From: an uncultured Muribaculaceae bacterium
Lineage (GTDB): Bacteria > Cyanobacteriota > Vampirovibrionia > Gastranaerophilales > Gastranaerophilaceae
NCBI GenBank assembly: GCA_964452495.1
Contig: CAYVMC010000008.1
Span: forward strand, 10,732 to 74,731
Reading direction: 5' to 3'
DNA length: 64,000 nucleotides
The notes under the pieces were generated by a model, which did no database searches, had not been told where the DNA came from, and was given only the letters and a program-made list of their open reading frames with translations. Shown piece by piece: positions 59,831 to 64,000 of the stretch; within the stretch, counting starts at the first letter, position 1, and each line of letters opens with the position of its first letter. A program made the position numbers and the translations under genes.

Positions 59831-61136
59831 TTTAAAATTACAAACTCCCAACTTCAAATCGTATGCATTAACTAACATCGCAAATCATACTGTTAATATG
59901 GCAGTGTATAATACATCAAATATTGATAGATTCGTGACAGCAAATAATAAAATTTTATTGGAAAAGGCAAAACGAATAACCCCGTTTGTAGTTTTAGATT
60001 TGTTTTTAACACAGAATATGAATATTGGAAATAATGAAGTTAATGACATGCCTAATTTTAGGGAGTTTATTTTTAAAATTTTGGATAAAGTAAAATTTCC
60101 GTCCAAATTTATTGTTCATGATAAAACTGCCATATCTCCTAATTTATCTAATGCAATATTAACTAAAGAATCAATTAACAGAATACCTGATAATTGTAAA
60201 ATGAATTCAAGGTATTATACTTTATTTCCTAATTATAAACGTTTTTTTATATCACAGGGAGATTTTGGAGATTGTTATTTATTAGCTACTCTTGATTCCT
60301 TGATAAAAACTCGGTCGGGGTATGAATTTTTAGCTTCTATGTTTTATAGCCAATCTGACAGTCCGTTGTATGTAGAAATACGTAGAGATGTCAATGAGAA
60401 TAATGACAGTAGAATAACTAAAGAAGTAGAGAGTCTTACCACAAAAGTACCCGTATTACAAAAATGGCGACTTAATAATATGTATGGAGGTGCTGTATCT
60501 CCACCTTGGGCAAAGTATTTTGAAGTTGCATTTGCTAAAATTACAAATCATAAATTAAATGATTTATATAAAAAGTATAACTATCGCATCAGAATTACTC
60601 CATCCAATAATATTTCAGATAAATATATAACAACTGGTCAAGGTGGGTATTCATGTATTGTGTATGAACTTTTAGGGTGTACTAATATTGAAAATAAATT
60701 GGTTATTCCTCAAAAATTATTAGATTCTATCAAAGACATTAACAATAATGAAGATATAATAAAAAAAATAATAGAAAAATCAAAGGCTATTAATGATATT
60801 AATAAAAAGTTTTGTACAGTATCAACAAATAGTGTAAATACATCAAGTCAAGAAGATAATTTTTATTCAGGTTTAGAAGCATACGATTATGCAATTATTC
60901 CATCTCATGTCTATGCACTTAGTGCGTATAATAAAGATAAAGACGAATTTATCATAAACAATCCTCATTATAGTGGTGTTGATATAAAAATAGACTGGAA
61001 TTCTATAACTGAAAAATTTGATGGATTTGTCTCTGCAGATTTACCATCATGTGATATTTGGGAAAATCCGTATGATCCGGATGATTATGTCTACGATCCT
61101 GATGACTTTAATAAAGTTTGGATGTGGTATTCATAA
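59817..61136 (+). CDS. calpain-like cysteine protease (peptidase family C2-like)
   Basis: SQGDFGDCYLLATLDSL corresponds to the calpain QGxxGDCW[FL]LAA catalytic Cys. PPWAKYFEVAFAKI corresponds to WxxLxEKAYAK. PSHVYALSAY corresponds to GHAYSV (His). IINNPH corresponds to RNPWG (Asn). GAGGGG SD. Confidence 0.7.
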   Translation: MKINNLKLQTPNFKSYALTNIANHTVNMAVYNTSNIDRFVTANNKILLEKAKRITPFVVLDLFLTQNMNIGNNEVNDMPNFREFIFKILDKVKFPSKFIVHDKTAISPNLSNAILTKESINRIPDNCKMNSRYYTLFPNYKRFFISQGDFGDCYLLATLDSLIKTRSGYEFLASMFYSQSDSPLYVEIRRDVNENNDSRITKEVESLTTKVPVLQKWRLNNMYGGAVSPPWAKYFEVAFAKITNHKLNDLYKKYNYRIRITPSNNISDKYITTGQGGYSCIVYELLGCTNIENKLVIPQKLLDSIKDINNNEDIIKKIIEKSKAINDINKKFCTVSTNSVNTSSQEDNFYSGLEAYDYAIIPSHVYALSAYNKDKDEFIINNPHYSGVDIKIDWNSITEKFDGFVSADLPSCDIWENPYDPDDYVYDPDDFNKVWMWYS

Positions 61137-61153
61137 ACTCGCAGGATTTCTGC

Positions 61154-61190
61154 AAAAAAACGGGCGGTTTTATTTCCCGCCCGTTTTTTT
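61154..61190. terminator. bidirectional terminator between the calpain-like gene and convergent rpmB
   Basis: Stem acgggcgg/ccgcccgt is flanked by aaaaaaa and ttttttt. Confidence 0.7.
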
Positions 61191-61205
61191 ACCTTTTTTA
61201 GTTAA

Positions 61206-61397
61206 TTAAACAGCTTTTTGAACCTTACCAGCTCTCAGGCAGGAAGTACAAACTTTAATTCTCTTTGTTTCTCCGTTAACGACAGCCTTAACTTCTTGAA
61301 GGTTAGGATTTTGACGTTTAACGATTTGTTTGTGTGAGAATGTAAGTTTTGCCGCTTTTAACGGAGCTTTTCCGCATACATCACATTGTTTAGACAT
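61206..61397 (-). CDS. rpmB: 50S ribosomal protein L28
   Basis: 63 aa with MSKQCDVCGK...SHKQ...KRIKVCTSCLRAGKV, the typical L28. Confidence 0.9.
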   Translation of the reverse strand: MSKQCDVCGKAPLKAAKLTFSHKQIVKRQNPNLQEVKAVVNGETKRIKVCTSCLRAGKVQKAV

Positions 61398-61469
61398 AAT
61401 TTTATTTCCTTTTCTAGTTATATTTCAGTGTAAAACTAATACCTGAGAGTTATCATAAAACAAACAGAA

Positions 61470-62552
61470 TTAATTTTCAACATACTCTTTAAGACGTTTA
61501 CTGCGATTTGGATGGCGTAATTTTCTTAAAGCCTTTGCTTCAATTTGTCTGATACGTTCTCTTGTAACACCAAAGAGCTGCCCGACTTCTTCCAGCGTTC
61601 TCTGACGTCCGTCGTCCATACCGAATCTTAATCTTAAAACATCACGTTCTCTGGGAGAGAGTGTGCAGAGGATTTCGGCGAGATCTTCTCTTAAAAGTTC
61701 TGACGCTACTGTTTTAATTGGTGCATCGGCTTCTCTATCCTCAATAAAATCACCGAGTCTTGAGTCTTCTTCTTTCCCGATAGGTGTTTCTAATGAAAGA
61801 GGTTCTTGTGCAATTTTAATAATTTCACGAAGTTTGGGTATTGAAACATTCATTTCAGCTGCAAGTTCTTCTTCGGTTGGTTTTCTTGAAAGTTCTTGAG
61901 CGAGTCTTCTTGTTACTTTTTTGAGTTTATTAATTGTTTCAACCATGTGAACAGGTATACGAATTGTTCTAGCCTGATCTGCAATAGCTCTTGTAATTGC
62001 CTGTCTAATCCACCATGTGGCATACGTAGAGAACTTAAACCCGCGTTCGTGGTCAAACTTTTCTGCTGCTCTGATAAGTCCGAGATTGCCTTCTTGAATA
62101 AGATCAAGGAAAAGCATACCGCGGCCAACATATTTTTTAGCAATACTTACAACGAGCCTTAGGTTTGCTTGAACTAATTTACGCTTAGCAATTGCACCTG
62201 GGGCTCCGCCTTGAATAATTTTTCTTGCGAGTTCAATTTCTTCACTGGTAGAAAGAAGTTTAATTCTTCCGATTTCTCTTAAATAAAGCCTTACTGGATC
62301 TTCAACGGCTACACCCTTAGGAGTTTCCATTACTAAATCTTCATCTCTTGAGTCATCACTCATGTAAAAGTCTTCAGATTTTATGCCAAGCTTGTTTGAG
62401 GTTATGATATCTTCAATATCATCAGTTCCTAAATCCGCTTCAATATAATCAGCTTCGTTATCTTTATCTGTATCAAAATCCAACATATCTAAATTTTCGT
62501 CGGTATCAACCAACCCGACAATTGATGATTCAGGTTCACGTTTTCTACTCAT
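61470..62552 (-). CDS. rpoD: RNA polymerase primary-type sigma factor
   Basis: Region 1.2 [11 protein letters not shown], region 2 [17 protein letters not shown] and [17 protein letters not shown], region 4.2 [28 protein letters not shown]. Confidence 0.9.
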   Translation of the reverse strand: MSRKREPESSIVGLVDTDENLDMLDFDTDKDNEADYIEADLGTDDIEDIITSNKLGIKSEDFYMSDDSRDEDLVMETPKGVAVEDPVRLYLREIGRIKLLSTSEEIELARKIIQGGAPGAIAKRKLVQANLRLVVSIAKKYVGRGMLFLDLIQEGNLGLIRAAEKFDHERGFKFSTYATWWIRQAITRAIADQARTIRIPVHMVETINKLKKVTRRLAQELSRKPTEEELAAEMNVSIPKLREIIKIAQEPLSLETPIGKEEDSRLGDFIEDREADAPIKTVASELLREDLAEILCTLSPRERDVLRLRFGMDDGRQRTLEEVGQLFGVTRERIRQIEAKALRKLRHPNRSKRLKEYVEN

Positions 62553-64000
62553 TAATTATGTTCTCCAATTCTTGATTTGATTTCATCACGTAACTGCATT
62601 TGTACCTTTAGGGCTTCTACTTCGTCACCATTGACCGTTATATATATTTTCCTGAGTTCTTCCATTTCTACTTCCCTATTTAAGCGTTTTAATCTTATTA
62701 TATTTTCCTTTACAGCAGTACAAAATTCGTCTTTTGTTAGTCCGTTAAACGCTTCTGACATATATACCAAATCGGTAATGGTTGTTGTCAGAACATCATC
62801 GCTTATAAAACTTGTAAACAATTGTTCTTTTAATTCTCTAACATTATTTATTGTACATGTTATTTTGTCAATTGTATTTTTTACAATTATTAACGTTTTA
62901 TCTGTGATAATGTCTGGGGGAATCATTTCTTTAAGTTCATGGAAACTTAAAGGACTTGTATCTGATAAATAAACGCTCAATAAATTTTTTTGCGCTTTTA
63001 TTGAAAATTGTAAATTTTTTGTTACAAAATTTTGTGGAACAAGGTTTCTTAAATCTTCTTCTGACCTGCTGCAACGCTTTAATTCCTGAATTATTGCATT
63101 TTCATTAACATCCAGAGCGGATGCAACCATTTTTACATATTCGGACTGAATAATTTTATTATCAATTTCTTTTAAGACATCAATTGCTTCTTTTACAATT
63201 TCTGCTTTTTCCTGCGGGGTAAGAGCAGAGTTTCGTTTTTTTATAATCCCTTCAAGAATAAAGTCTATAAGCAGTGGTGCATCTTTAACACAGCTCAGAA
63301 ACTCTCCGCCGCCATTTGTGCGTATAAACTCGTCAGGATCTTTACCGTTTGGCGGACAGACAACTCTTATTTCACAGGAGTATCTATCATTTGTTTTCCC
63401 AAGGTATCCTTCGTCATACTGTTTGATGCTGCCAAGCCCCTTGAATGATTCACGTATAATGTTGGCACCTTTTTTTGTTGCATTTTGTCCTGCCGTATCG
63501 GTGTCAAAAGAAAGATAAATTCTTCTGGATTTTGTATAGCGGGAAATAAGTTTTATGTGTTCCGGAGTCAGAGCAGTTCCGCAAACCCCTACACAGTTTT
63601 TAACCCCGTGAGCTTGAGCCGATATTACATCAAAATATCCTTCCATAAGGATAACCCCGTCTTGTTCTGCGATTGCATTTTTAGCGTGGTAAAGCCCAAA
63701 AAGGATTTTGCTTTTGTTATAAATTAGTGAATCGGATGAGTTTAAGTATTTAGGGTTTTGACCGTCATCAATGGCTCTTGCTCCAAAAGCTACATAATCA
63801 CCATTTTCATTTCTTATAGGAATAATTATTCTGTTTCTGAAACGGTCGATCCAATCGTTATTTTTACCTTTTAAGATTAATCCTGCTTTTTCAAGTACTT
63901 CATTTGAAAACTCGGATTTTAGTTCATTGTACAGTTCCGTATATTTATTAGGAGCATAGCCTAACCCGTATTCTTTAATGATTTCATCGGATATATCCCG
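62552..64000 (-). CDS. dnaG: DNA primase (5' end lies outside the window)
   Basis: The frame is open to the window edge. My translation of 63647-64000 gives ...[39 protein letters not shown]... followed by the TOPRIM motif EGYFDVISA. The stop overlaps the rpoD start by 1 nt. Confidence 0.9.
   Translation of the reverse strand, partial: RDISDEIIKEYGLGYAPNKYTELYNELKSEFSNEVLEKAGLILKGKNNDWIDRFRNRIIIPIRNENGDYVAFGARAIDDGQNPKYLNSSDSLIYNKSKILFGLYHAKNAIAEQDGVILMEGYFDVISAQAHGVKNCVGVCGTALTPEHIKLISRYTKSRRIYLSFDTDTAGQNATKKGANIIRESFKGLGSIKQYDEGYLGKTNDRYSCEIRVVCPPNGKDPDEFIRTNGGGEFLSCVKDAPLLIDFILEGIIKKRNSALTPQEKAEIVKEAIDVLKEIDNKIIQSEYVKMVASALDVNENAIIQELKRCSRSEEDLRNLVPQNFVTKNLQFSIKAQKNLLSVYLSDTSPLSFHELKEMIPPDIITDKTLIIVKNTIDKITCTINNVRELKEQLFTSFISDDVLTTTITDLVYMSEAFNGLTKDEFCTAVKENIIRLKRLNREVEMEELRKIYITVNGDEVEALKVQMQLRDEIKSRIGEHN

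Overview
This is an AT-rich, gene-dense chromosomal segment with about 60 protein genes and 2 tRNAs. I found no transposase, integrase, phage gene or CRISPR array. The host looks like a diderm (LpxA present), flagellated bacterium (flagellin, MotAB, a sigma-28-type promoter). A long RecG N-terminal extension and a short RpoD loosely resemble Cyanobacteria-related non-photosynthetic gut lineages such as Melainabacteria. That lineage guess is unverifiable here.

Housekeeping content, in order:
- csaB-kdgK-eda
- CHASE2 adenylate cyclase and recG
- ADP-forming acetyl-CoA synthetase
- dapA-secD-secF
- rpsE-rpmD-rplO-secY
- leuC-like gene and eno
- lpxA-folP
- PBP1A
- Ski2-like helicase
- motAB
- fba
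- def-fmt-aroH plus a response regulator
- ispB-like gene, lepB, a Fe-ADH, lspA-rluD
- spmAB
- fliC
- rpmB
- dnaG-rpoD

Items worth a second look:
1. A recurrent N-terminal peptide tag, core [FY]-[KNG]-[AGS]-(G)-[KV]-[VK]-I-x-[IF]-x-N-P, sits on several otherwise unrelated orphan proteins. Two adjacent genes share an identical NYNGVKIDI nonapeptide that differs only by synonymous changes.
2. A near-consensus FliA promoter drives an orphan acidic ORF beside flagellin.
3. A calpain-like cysteine protease is translationally coupled to a tail-anchored orphan protein.
4. One protein consists of four tandem GntR winged-helix domains.
5. A PurH-like gene with the catalytic Lys-His replaced follows PBP1A by 5 nt.
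6. A giant Zn-ribbon / cyclase-like / STAND-like / TPR protein has lost both catalytic motifs.
7. Decaying partial tRNA-Pro copies lie upstream of tRNA-Pro, together with a leader segment complementary to the tRNA body.

All functional calls rest on motif recognition by eye. No database search was run.
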